Position numbers and translations under genes: made by a program
Source: Ramazzottius varieornatus
Taxonomy: Eukaryota > Animalia > Tardigrada
Reading direction: 5' to 3'
Length of the DNA stretch: 64,000 nt
Assembly (NCBI GenBank): GCA_001949185.1
Contig: BDGG01000011.1
Coordinates: 264,123-328,122 of the forward strand
Shown here: one piece after another, positions 1 to 11,019 of the stretch
How the letters are laid out: every line of letters begins with the position of its first letter
How positions within the stretch are numbered: the first letter of the stretch is position 1
The notes under the pieces: model-generated
What the model was told of the DNA's origin: nothing
Database searches by the model: none
Seen by the model: the letters and a program-made list of their open reading frames with translations, nothing else

Positions 1-752
1 GACATTGCAGTGGTTTCAAAACAGTTACCCATGGTTGAAGGTGGGGAGATCTTGGGCGTGGTAGGCTGAGATCGATAGATACGTTTCTGTGATTTCGGAA
101 TGCGGCCTAGTCTGACCGCTGAAAGTAAATTTATGTCAGGTAGTCTACGAGCGCATTGAAAACAAAAGGACCACGTGACTGACCGTCCAAGCTCATTCCT
201 TGATTCACGCACTTCTCGAACCTGCAACGTTTGCAGCGAACCCGGCTGTCAAAGCTGATGTGGCATCTTCCACCCATGTAACACTTGTATTCGTGGAACC
301 GGGCGAGTCCTCGCTTGAAGAACGCCTGGAACAAGTACAAATAGTGGGTTTGACGGGCAATTACTTGTGCAAATTAGGTAAATAATAAACTCAAAAATCA
401 TTCCGAGACTCGAATTTCGAAGAAGCTTTCCTTCAGCTACGTAGAGTTGTCCCGTTTTCGGTTTCTGGAAGGGTTTTCATCATCTGTGTCCTGGTCATGT
501 GACAGTTCGAAAACCGGTTTTTTCGCTTTCGGTAGGTATTGCTTTGATGTGAGAAACATCAGCCGATATACATGTGATGAGAAGGTGGATGGAGAAAGCT
601 TCAATGTGAAGCTGACGATCAATATGTTTCGACCGCGGTGGAAAACATGCAGTTCCTACCTTGCATCCTTCACAGCTTTGCACTCCATAATGGACACCAG
701 TGGCTTGCCCTTCGCAGATCCGGCATACAGGGATTTCCGCGTAGTAATCCAT
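1..752 (-). CDS. Nuclear hormone receptor, N-terminal part (C4 zinc-finger DBD plus T-box); continues beyond the window's left edge
   Basis: Exons 752-660, 325-184 and 118-1 (GT-AG introns) give MDYYAEIPVCRICEGQATGVHYGVQSCEGCK|AFFKRGLARFHEYKCYMGGRCHISFDSRVRCKRCRFEKCVNQGMSLD|AVRLGRIPK. Both C4 fingers are complete and the T-box is NR1-like. An upstream exon cannot be excluded. Confidence 0.93.
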
Positions 753-3137
753 CAAATTATTTTGAGTTCCACTATTAAAGTCAAACAAACCCAAACGGGG
801 AAAAACCCACAGCTCACTACAAGGCCTGTCTACAGCTGTCACGTTATGGTTTGAGCCAAACAAATGTTTCAGAGTGGTGGAAGAAGCGAACTTTGAGCTC
901 TTTTCCAAGGTATTCGAGAAATGTCTCCACAGCAGATATTTCTCGATACAGTGCAGAAATTATCGATCGCGGTTTCAGTGGGCGGATGCTAAAGGTTGAT
1001 ATGGCCACTCACAGTCGTCTTAATGCCAACAAGTCACTCACCTATGTTTTATCAAACTTCTGCCTTGCGTTTTATCGTCCGGATTCTACCTGTGATGTAT
1101 GCCGATGGGGGGCGTAACCAGCTACAAACTGACGTCAGCGCTGCGCATTTTGGTTTCTGACGATGCCGAATGCCAATTGTCGGGCATATTTGCAACTCCT
1201 ACTGTAAAGTGCCGATCAGGTGGGTCACCTTACGGACCCGGTTCGTGAAAAAAGACTGTTCGGATAGTGGGTGAAATATTTGGTCGATTTGTGTACTGAA
1301 CAGCTGATCCATATGGCATCACACACAAAACCCAGAACTGTCCGCGCAGGGCGTATTTTACGCACGGACCTGGTCCGTAACGTAACGCAGCTGATCAGCA
1401 CTTTACAGTGCATTTCAGTCAAAACCAGCCCTAGAAGTGCCAGATATTGCTTTTTCCAGCCCAGTCTTCTCTGTAAACTACGGTTCTGTCGCTTTCGAAT
1501 ACTGGATGCATGGTACAAGATTCAGAGAGCATACGGAAGTATCCGGCGGTCGCAAACGCAACAAGGACACAGGCACTGTAGCACGCTTTCAACCCACGTC
1601 TCGTAAAGAGCCAAGGCATGCGTGTACATCTGACAGGTATCAGACCATCGCAATTTTTTTTTTAAAGGGTTGTACAAGATCACGGGTTTTGCGCTATCTG
1701 TACGCTTGCTTGGCGGACGACAAGGGCCCTGATTCGGTCTCTAACCACATCCCGTGCTGTTCACCTGTATTCCTCTATCCATCCAGATCTGCTGGCGCCG
1801 AGGGCCATTACAGTACATCTTCGTAATCATCACCGCGGAGTGCGGGAGATGCGCCCACATGGAGGGGAACCCAGAGAAACACATGTTGCACAGCGCGCCG
1901 ATGATTCAGCCTCCACTTCATTCATGATCAGGCTATAATCATGATCAGGCATGATCGCTATAAGGGCATTCTCAAGCTAAGATGGGCGATTTTGTGTTTA
2001 TTTGAGTATCAGTGGAAAGTAGAAATCAATAAGTGATTTTTCTAACTGGTCTCATGATTAGGTAAAAATCAACTTCGAAGGGGAAACCAATAATGAAAAG
2101 TTTGAAAGTTACATGGTGGATTCTCATTTTTTGTATCCAAAGCATTCTAAAACATCGATTTTGTTGGATGTTTACAGTAAGCCTTCATCAGTGGAGAATC
2201 AACAAAAAGCTGCTTGCTTTTGTTACGCTTCTGTTGGCCCACGGTGTTTGAAGAGACATCTATTCTCCCATCGAGGATCGTCAATGGAAAATTCGGGACT
2301 TCGGCGGTATGACGGGTACATGTTCATACTGTAATAATCATCAATAACAATGAGGAAGTGGTTTGCGCACAGATTCGCACAGGGCGTGGGGTACGACACT
2401 AGGTGGCGCCGCGATTATGGACCGCGACTTTTGCCCGAAGGGTAAGTGGCTATTGTATTTTGAAGAAGTTGTCGAATTTTTTCAAGGACCACAGTCAGTT
2501 CCACAAAAACCGTTTACCCTTGCCGCACTGTTCCTAGCTTCTTTCCTTCCTTTTGCAATGTCCATTGCAGTTCTCGTCATCGAAGTACAGTGTGCCGAAT
2601 CAACTGCTTAAACAACCGTCCGAGACCTCCTCTACTGTGATGATCAGGCAGCTTGTCTTCAACGTGACCAGGAAGCTGCAGAACCACAGTAAAACATCAC
2701 ACTGAAAAATATCCGGGCGGTAGTATACGTTGACTGTATAGACCCTATTGACAAAGGGTAAGAAAGCTCGCAGCATACTAGAATCGTATGCGTAACAGGT
2801 CTGACTATGAAACAGTGTTTCGGTCGGAATATGATCGGATACTAGGTGGAAACTAGATGGAAGCAGACTAAAATTACTTGGTTTTTTCCTTGTTTCCATA
2901 CTTTCTAGGTGTTTTCAGACCAGAACACTGTTCCATAATCAGACCTGTTACGCATATGATTGTAGCCAAAATCACCCTTCTAGTATCATTCGGGAGAGGT
3001 TGAGATCCCATTGCTGAAAATGCCGAGTGTAGTACCACAGTGAATACAGAAGTCCCGGGTTTTGAACAGTAGCTGAAAAATGACCAGTTGAGAGTCCAGT
3101 TGGCGGTTACCGGGTCACGAAACTTCGCACTGATAAT

Positions 3138-3480
3138 GGGATTATGCCTGTCCTGACATGCCGATGGTCAAACGGTCCAGACTAAACGATAGAGGATGGT
3201 TTCTTCTAGTATCTGAGCCCAGTAGCTAGGTACCGGAACGATCCCGGAATAAACTACAAGACTCAGAAGTGACGCCAAATTCGCTTTTAAACAATGAACA
3301 TAATGGCTGATTATGTTAACTGTCCATAATTCGCTGTCTTCACTGTAAATTCCGAGTCCTGCAGTTCATTCGGGGATCGATCCGGTATATAGCTATCTGG
3401 CTCAGATGGGGGAATAAACTCTCCTCTATCCTTTGGTTGGGATGGTTTGACCATCGGGATGTCAGGACAGGCGTAATCCC
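3138..3480. repeat. Diverged inverted duplication: two 131-bp arms (3138-3268 and 3350-3480) around an ~80-bp spacer
   Basis: gggattatgcctgtcctgacatgccgatggtcaaac...gactcagaa aligns colinearly with the reverse complement of 3350-3480 (gggattacgcctgtcctgacatcccgatggtcaaac...gactcggaa), with many substitutions. Confidence 0.85.
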
Positions 3481-4006
3481 CTTGTGACTTGGCAAATCGT
3501 AACAGCTGAAACGTTGTGTTGGACGCCCAGGACATAACAGCACATATGAAAACCACTTCACCACCAGAAAGTCAACGGGACGAATTCGCACTCGTGACGC
3601 TCGTCGCCGATCCTCGTCAACGTGCGCTGTGGGAATTTTCCGTCCTCCAAACGTTACTTCTCTCATGGGATTAACGGTGGTCCTGTGATCCTGAATCTTG
3701 ATCGTCGCTTAACAAGCAAGATTAGAGAGGTCAAAATCATAGCAAACATTGAAACGGGAAAAAACGTCGCAACGATTAACGTGTATCAACGGTCCTGTAT
3801 TGTGTTTTGAATAACAATTGGTTGGTTGTTATAACTGATAAATTATGGCGCTGAAGGACATCATGGAGGGACGGTTACGTTGTGTAGGTCGAATAAGACA
3901 AGATTAGGGTCTTTGCGTTTTGCGCACATGAATCAAACAGACGACATTTAATTGATTTTGAAAATTATGTTTCATAAAATCATTTGCTGAAACGTTTGAG
4001 AGATTG

Positions 4007-4425
4007 CAAAACTCGTGGTAGCTTGAGATAAAGTGGGAATGGAATTTATATAATAAACGAAGGATCTCAATCGCACTGATTCAGTTCCAATCTGCGGGAC
4101 CGACAAGGAAACTTCGAAACGCTTTGGCCAAATCCTTTGGTTTCCCTCTCTCAAACAACAGTACAGTTTCCCTGACACTTTTCATCATGAAGCAACGCTA
4201 CTGGCGGAACACCAATTTATAAACCCGACAAGCTGAAGACGTACAGTAAAATTGCGGCATACAGTCATCGTCATGGGTCATGGGCACCCGTGGTCTTACT
4301 TTGCCTCCTTATAGCTCCCAAACCCGTCGTCCAGTTTTGCTAATTTGAAATGTGTTCATGAAATGTTTTTTTATGTCTTTTTGAAATGTGCGTTCCCACT
4401 TTATCTCAAGCTACCACGAGTTTTG
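4007..4425. mobile_element. MITE-like element with perfect 33-bp terminal or subterminal inverted repeats
   Basis: caaaactcgtggtagcttgagataaagtgggaa (4007-4039) is the exact reverse complement of 4393-4425. The interior has no credible coding sequence and the TSD is unclear. Confidence 0.7.
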
Positions 4426-4504
4426 TGTCTCGTAGAGGGAGATCTGAGGTTTCTGACCGCGTGACGTTTCGGTCATTTCTTCAATTAATCAACCGCAAAG
4501 CCTC

Positions 4505-4610
4505 GATGGTCGGACAAGGAAAAAAGGGTCATTTTTGGCTGCCGATCTCCCGTCACGTGTCAGGATTTTGGGGAAGCCCAAACGGCCTAAATGTAGCAAA
4601 TACATCGATC
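4505..4610 (+). repeat. Dispersed repeat, similar to ~9075-9172
   Basis: tcggacaaggaaaaaagggtcatttttggctgccgatctcccgtcacgtgtcag resembles tcggacaaagaaatcagggtcatttttggctactgacttcccgtcaggtgacag. Confidence 0.65.
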
Positions 4611-5241
4611 TATCTGCTACACTGGAAGCAGAGCAGGCGTTTGCCTTTGAGAAAGCGGAAATCAATTAATCTGGAGGCAGAATGCGCAAGGGACTATACT
4701 GTATATCGCTATGATCTCCTTCGAACGACCTTAATTCTAAACAGCTTCAACTCAGCGTCGACCTTGAAGTGATAGTTCGCTCTGGTTTGAGGGAAAAAGA
4801 CCAGTTGAGTAAACTCAGTTGATGGGCCGTTCACAGGCCTCATGAGTCAGGACTGTATCATGCAGAGTCATGATCCACTGCGACTGTTGACGTTTGGTAA
4901 GCTTTCCTTCTTAAATGAAAAATGACCGAGCCGCAGTTCAACATAGCTTCCTCACATCATCAGAAGCGAATAGTAGCTGAGTCAACTGAACCAGGGATGC
5001 CAGTTTGAGCTCTAGATTGCCTCTACCGTAAAAGCTAGAGATCGTTATGTCGCAAATTCCGCTGGTCTGAGCACCACAGTGTGCAAAGTCCGTCGTGTTC
5101 CAAGTGGAAAATTACTCCTCGTACGGGAACTTGCTCAGAGTTCAGGGATAAGCCAGGCAATCAGAGCCTTCTCCGGACTGGCGACGTCAGATTTTATGCT
5201 TGATATTATTCCGCAATTGCTCGGCCTTCGCAGCGTGAGAC

Positions 5242-6854
5242 ATGCATGAGTTGGACCCGGTTCCAGACGAGGAAGCACGCGGTGCTGCCCTTGTCAGCCA
5301 TGTATTCCTGAACTACCTACAGCTCTCCGGCCTGTATTCGCTCATCACCGATAAAAATGGCGGGAGGCAAAAGTTTTCTGTGCAGTGGTGCTGGGTCGTC
5401 GCTGTCGCGGTACCAGTTCTGTCGCTCATCAACTTTGCGGACTACATCATGTGAGGGACCACTCCTTCGAAATGAGTATGGTATTATCTTCAGCGTTTCG
5501 CTGCATTCAGTATTGTAATTGGTTGCAAGACCTTTCTGGAGGAGATTGAGTCCATGGAGTTCTTCGAACTCATCACCCATTTCGCTCGCGCTGACGTCAC
5601 CTTGCAGACGGCGGCCATGGTTTTGGTCTTTTTGCTAAACAGAAACCAGGTCTATCATCTTGTCTTCGCCATGACGGCTCTTCTGAAGGGTATGCTACCG
5701 GAGAAACAGCTGAACAGAATTCGCAAAACGAGCTGCGTTTTTGCGTTTGGGTGGATTGGCTTGTGGCAATGCATGCACTTGATTGGTTACGTTGCGTACA
5801 TTTGGGACGACCTACGCTGTTGGGAATATCTAATCCGCCCTACCTATTTCCTGTCGACGGGCAATAATATGCCAACGTACCTGGATTACTTGATCACGGG
5901 TAGCAGCAAGCTGTTGGACACCAACACGGAGCTGACCGCGCAGTGCTTTTATTTCAGGCTGGTGTATTGGATGGGTACCGGTTATCAGGATACCCAGCAG
6001 CGACTAGAAAGGGCTTTGCAAATTGGAGATGAAAATGCCCAGATGGATATGGTCTAAGAAGTAGAACGTCTGTATCTGCGACTGCGCACCGTAACCAACA
6101 AGTTTAACGATTGCATTGGAACGATCGGCTTGTTGATCTACCTGCGGGATGCATTGTCTTTTATGACAGTAACGAGCCTGGCTCTACGGGTCACCCCGCT
6201 TCGAGAGCCCAACCAGAGCCTGGAGGACTACCAAGCAAACATAATATTCAACGAGAGCCAAGCCAGGCATGATACCGTTGTTGGATGTATCGGCCTGGCG
6301 AACGCCATGGTCCAAACGATCCTATGTCTTCGCTGCCACGGCAAGGTGAACAACTAAGACGAACTATGACAGATACCGTACGGTACTTATGCTTGACATA
6401 CTTGGGCTTTTTCCGTTGAACAGGTTCAAAGAATTCGGAAAACACTGCAAGAGTTCGAAGCCACTGCGAGGTCATCGACGATGCAAGTAGAATACCAGGA
6501 GATGTCTGGATATATCGACTCGACGAGTGGCGCCATCTCGGCAGGTGCGCTGTTTATCACCAAACAACCCATCGCGAGCGTATGTGGCGCTTGTATTTTC
6601 GTCTTTAATGAAAACATACGTCAAAAGGTGCATTTCTGATACGCTATTATTTGTTTTAGGCTGTTGGATTGTTCGTTGGCTATGCTGTTCTCATTTACCA
6701 GACACGCGACTCCATTGTGGGTGACCAGCGGTACGCGAAGAAAAAGGATCTGCCTCAACTAGCCGACCTGATTATAGACTTTTGGGCGAAAGGAACGTTA
6801 GTGAAGTGTTTTGAAAAAAGACGCGTCTTGCAGCCCGTGAGAAGTACGGCGTAG
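5242..6854 (+). pseudogene. Gustatory-receptor-like (7tm chemoreceptor) gene with a single in-frame TAA at 6055-6057
   Basis: Exons 5242-5450, 5511-6345, 6424-6579 and 6660-6854 have canonical splice sites and several hydrophobic helices. The C-terminus AISAGALFITKQPIAS|AVGLFVGYAVLIYQ matches the GR TM7 signature (G.f.i...TY.i.l.Q). The frame continues past the stop (MDMV*EVERLYLRLRTVTNKFND). Confidence 0.7.
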
Positions 6855-7329
6855 GCTTCGAACTCGGCGACCCGAGGAAGTTTGATTCACTTGATGGGCC
6901 CGTTAACACATTTTTGTCCAAATCTTCATCGTTGAACCTTGTCCTATTTAAAGACTTTTCAGATATCAGTTTAGACGTCATAATATTATGGTTAAAACAA
7001 CAGTGATGATGCTTACGTGTATAAATTAAGTCAACGCACAGCCAAGAGGAGAACTCGAGTGGAACAATACAGAGTACTTAACGCTGGCTAGCTGGACGCA
7101 CGAATACAGGTATGACATAACATTACCGTGCGATTCTAATTCTGACGGAGCAAAACGGATGCATTAATACAACTGACCTCAACGGCGGGCCCAGAATTTG
7201 GAAAATGTAAGCTTTCCACTATAGTGGAACTAGCTAGACTGTCGGTTCCAGCATCTGCGGTTCGCTGCTCTGTTCGTTTTGCGGGTTAAATTTTTTCGGG
7301 AAGTTTCGGTGATGGCTACAGTAGACGCT

Positions 7330-10300
7330 TCAAACGGCACTCTCGCAAGTAGTTTGCCGTTCAAACGGTCCCACAGCAGTCGCACTTGCTAGAGGAAATG
7401 TGGCGAGTCGCTTCACCGGTAGATGCCGACGTCGTAAACCAGGTTCGGAAGCCTTCCGCCCATGAAGAGAGGTTGGCCTGCCTTGCGTGGTAACAGAGCG
7501 CGCGGTGGAATCCCCACGGTGTAAATTCGGACCGCAGGTTCCATAGACCGATAGGTTGTGGAATATCTGGACGAAAGCTTGACGATACCGTGCACTGTTG
7601 AGTGCATAAACTACGATATATCACCGTTCGAGAATACGGAGTCAGTGAGATGATCACCAAACCATACTTATTGGATTGTAGACAGCCGCCGTCTTGGCGA
7701 AGATCGCTGGAATTTGGCAGATGACGGGGGTAATATACTCGGTAGCGCCCAGGATGGCTAGCAGGGATACGATGGCGTACGGTGTCCAAGCTATTGCCCA
7801 TCCAGCCACGACAAAAAAGCTGGTCTTCGCCGATTTTGTTTGCTGCATTTCTTGACGCTTTCCGACAGTGAAAGACATGCTTCTGCCGGCATATAACGTA
7901 CTCAGCACGTTGCCCCGGATGACCACCACGGAGATGATTCGGATGTAGGCTGTGAAGATTATAATAAGCGGAGCGAAGTATGCGCCGACACACCTGTAGC
8001 AGTTGAAGATCACAATGACAAAGGTAATTAGAGAAGCCAGCGTTTTGGTAATGCCTTTGTGGGTATCTATTATCGGCTTACGTACATTGATGCGATGTAA
8101 AACCTGTTGTTGAAATTCGTGTCCAGAAGGTTGAACGAGCACGTCGTTAGGTATCCTTCAGGTGCCTAAAAACAGATTGTTATTTTTGTGGGTGAGTGGA
8201 AAAGCCGTGATTCCCTACATTCCCTACTTTAAGGTCAGGTTGTTTAGTGCAAGCTATTCTTCATAAATCACCACTTCCTGATGATTACACAATATAAATT
8301 CCCGCGGAATTCCGATAGGGCATCACTTGATCAAATGCGAGACATTTCTGGCGAGTTCACTTATCCAAAAAGTAACCTTCTTTCTATGCTGTCATATTCA
8401 AAGCCGGAACCTGCTGTTCTGCAACTTCCACTGTACTTACGTAGGGGGGAAACCAGGGAGTTAGTGGGATTACGGCCCAGATGAAGCTGTAAAAAGATCT
8501 ATCTTTTAGTACTTGTTGAACCTGTATGCATTGAAAATTCAAACGTCAGCAAAGGCTAGCATCCTCGACCGGCAGCCACCTGTAAGTCCATATGACTAGA
8601 AGGGAAAATTTCGAACGCCGGGCGGTGATCAGATTCTTGATAAGTCCGTATGGCTTGCTGAAAAACTCGGTAATAAAGTGTCAACTTTAAGTTTGTTCGA
8701 CTTCCGTCTTATCAGTTTAGCATGTCGATTGTATGATCTGGTCAATCGAGGGTAATTTGTTCGACTGGCAGTTATCTCATGCGGTTCTTGACTGTCCCGA
8801 CCAAATATGCCGAAAGTTCTTGACGTAAGCCTGCAGCATTCCAGCTGCAGCAGTTCTTGCAGCCACAGTCATGGGTCATCATAAAGCCATTGTCCTCTTT
8901 TGCTTGGACATATCATCTGATCCTTCGTCCGATTTTCATAATTATGACACGGTCATTTAAAGCACACATTTTACTCTTCGATCGTGTGGCAGAGGGCCAG
9001 AGGTGTCTTTAATCAGAGTCCATATACCCTCCATATGGACTCTGCTTTAATTTAATCTGTCAAGCGGCGAGCATGGGTGTTTCGGACAAAGAAATCAGGG
9101 TCATTTTTGGCTACTGACTTCCCGTCAGGTGACAGATTTGTGGAATAGCTGAAATCAAGAGGCAAACACATTGTTGAACACACCACACCAAACGAGACCT
9201 CCAGGAAAAGCTTCTCATAAAAGTTTCTGTATGGATCCTAGAGCCCACTTTTCACACAAATCAGAAAGATAAATTTTCTTCTTCCTCAGTTTTGCATATC
9301 GCAGCACAAAACCATGTTATCTGAACGAAACAAAATTTCTGCTGTTGGTACATACCTGTTTCGCAGAAATCGGTTGAGAACGGAAAGACACACTGTCTAT
9401 CATAAGTATCTGGGCACTTCCACCTTAGTTCGAAAATTCATGACTTCCTTCATTGACAACCGATCCTGACGATCTAAAAATTCCTAGTGACGTTGATTTT
9501 TCGTCTTCACGATCACGTGATTCTCGTGAAACCTGATCAATAATTCAACTTATACCACTCGGCCTAGAGTCCTCTAAAAGCAACTTGTTTTCTGCACCGT
9601 GCTGAGGCTGCCAACCAAGCCCTAGCACAATCCGCTTGTTTGCGTAACGTGTTGATAGAACCAATATCGGCTTTTCACAAGGCCACGTGCAGCCAAAAAG
9701 AAGATCATTTTGTGCAATCGAAAGAAAAACAAAGGCTATGCGATGGCCCCTAACTGTGACTATACCATATGACGAAGCATCGGTCCAGAGCCATGGCTGC
9801 AAAGTATTGGTCGGGTGAATTGAAAAGTTGCAAAGGTCATCACAATGCAAGGGGGTACATTACCAGTTACGGTTATGATGGATGCGGTTCCGCAAAGCGA
9901 GCCGGTGAATCCGTAAAGCTGACAGCCTTCAAGAACATTCAGTTGAGAGAAACTAGAACATTAACACTTAAAAGACAAAGGGGGTACCCCGGCTGCTTGG
10001 CGCACCCCAAAAGCCTTGCGGAATGGCTTCTGTCGAACCTTTTCGTCTTGAATTTTCGCGTTTGCTTTCACAAACGTTGTCGCTTCCAGTTAAAAAAACC
10101 GTGAACTGGCTAGCTTTCTGAAAATTTCGAAAGAATATTTCGTTTTTGACCAGCTTTTGTCTTGAGTTGACAAACCAAATTTTTACTTAAGAGCTGGCTG
10201 ACGAAAAGCCTCCTTAAAAATTGGACAGAGAGCTAGCACATTGGTACCGTCTTAGAAGCTTCAGTATGTTCCATGCTGCGTGACCAGTGGTTACAGCAAA

Positions 10301-11019
10301 AATGAGAAAATCTGGCTTTTTGGTTCACTTAGTGGCACATTCTACTCGAAAAATGCGAAGCGTACATGTGATGATTCGCCCGATCTGATCCCACCCCATG
10401 ATTTCAGCCAGTTTAAAGTTGGGGAAGGTGATCTACCCCCCTTGTACTCCCAGAGCTCGGAATTGCGTGGTCTGTTAAGTGTTAATATGCACCGACAACG
10501 GTTGCGGTGAGAATGCAGTGCAGAAGTTACACCCTTACCATAATAGCCAAATACCCAGCGAGATTTGAAGCTGCTCGCTGCGTACATCGGAGACAAGATG
10601 GAAGTCATCAGCAAGTCACTGATAGCTAAATTCACCACCAAAGTGTTTGAGCGACTTTTCAAACGTTTTGTCCTGCAGAGTGAAAAGTCATGTGAACGAG
10701 CGTACTTTTCCGTCGGCTTCTGGCTTTAGTCGGCAGTAGATCTGCGCCATCGTGAAGCGAATTCGGAAAGATCGTACCTTCGAAAGATGAATATGACAAA
10801 GCTGTTACCGCAAAAAGCGGCTATACCAATTAAAAGAATCATGATTCCGGAAGCGACATGGAAGGCTTCGGACGCCTGCTCGTGCTGAAGCCAGTGGGGA
10901 TGGATGAGATCGACAAAATTGTCGTTTCCCCAGAGCCATAGGAGTTGTCGGTGCGATCCAGTAAACGGTGATACTTTTGGGTAGTTGGCATTGTCGCTGC
11001 ATTTGCTGGGAAAAAGCAT
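7330..11019 (-). CDS. Opsin, rhabdomeric-type (probably non-visual r-opsin), 9 exons
   Basis: Exons 11019-10778, 10672-10539, 9926-9864, 9796-9766, 8657-8580, 8486-8441, 8165-8086, 7993-7668 and 7610-7330 splice in frame. Motifs: IHPHW, NLAISD, GCQLYGFTG, LDRC, YAPEGYLTTCSF, AWTPYA, and the Schiff-base Lys in FAKTAAVYNPIIY. Confidence 0.95.
9014..9044. mobile_element. 31-bp perfect hairpin flanked by 7-bp direct repeats (micro-MITE or transposon remnant) in an opsin intron
   Basis: ctttaat|cagagtccatat-accctcc-atatggactctg|ctttaat: 12-bp perfect inverted arms, with ctttaat at 9007-9013 and 9045-9051. Confidence 0.65.

Noticed and set aside
1-752. True oestrogen receptor orthologue
   Set aside because: Only the P-box matches; the D-box and T-box are not ER-like.
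1225-2400. Decayed MULE/FLYWCH transposase fragments (CRFRILDAWYKIQ, YDGYMF)
   Set aside because: The resemblances are short, scattered across frames with stops, and cannot be supported without a profile search.
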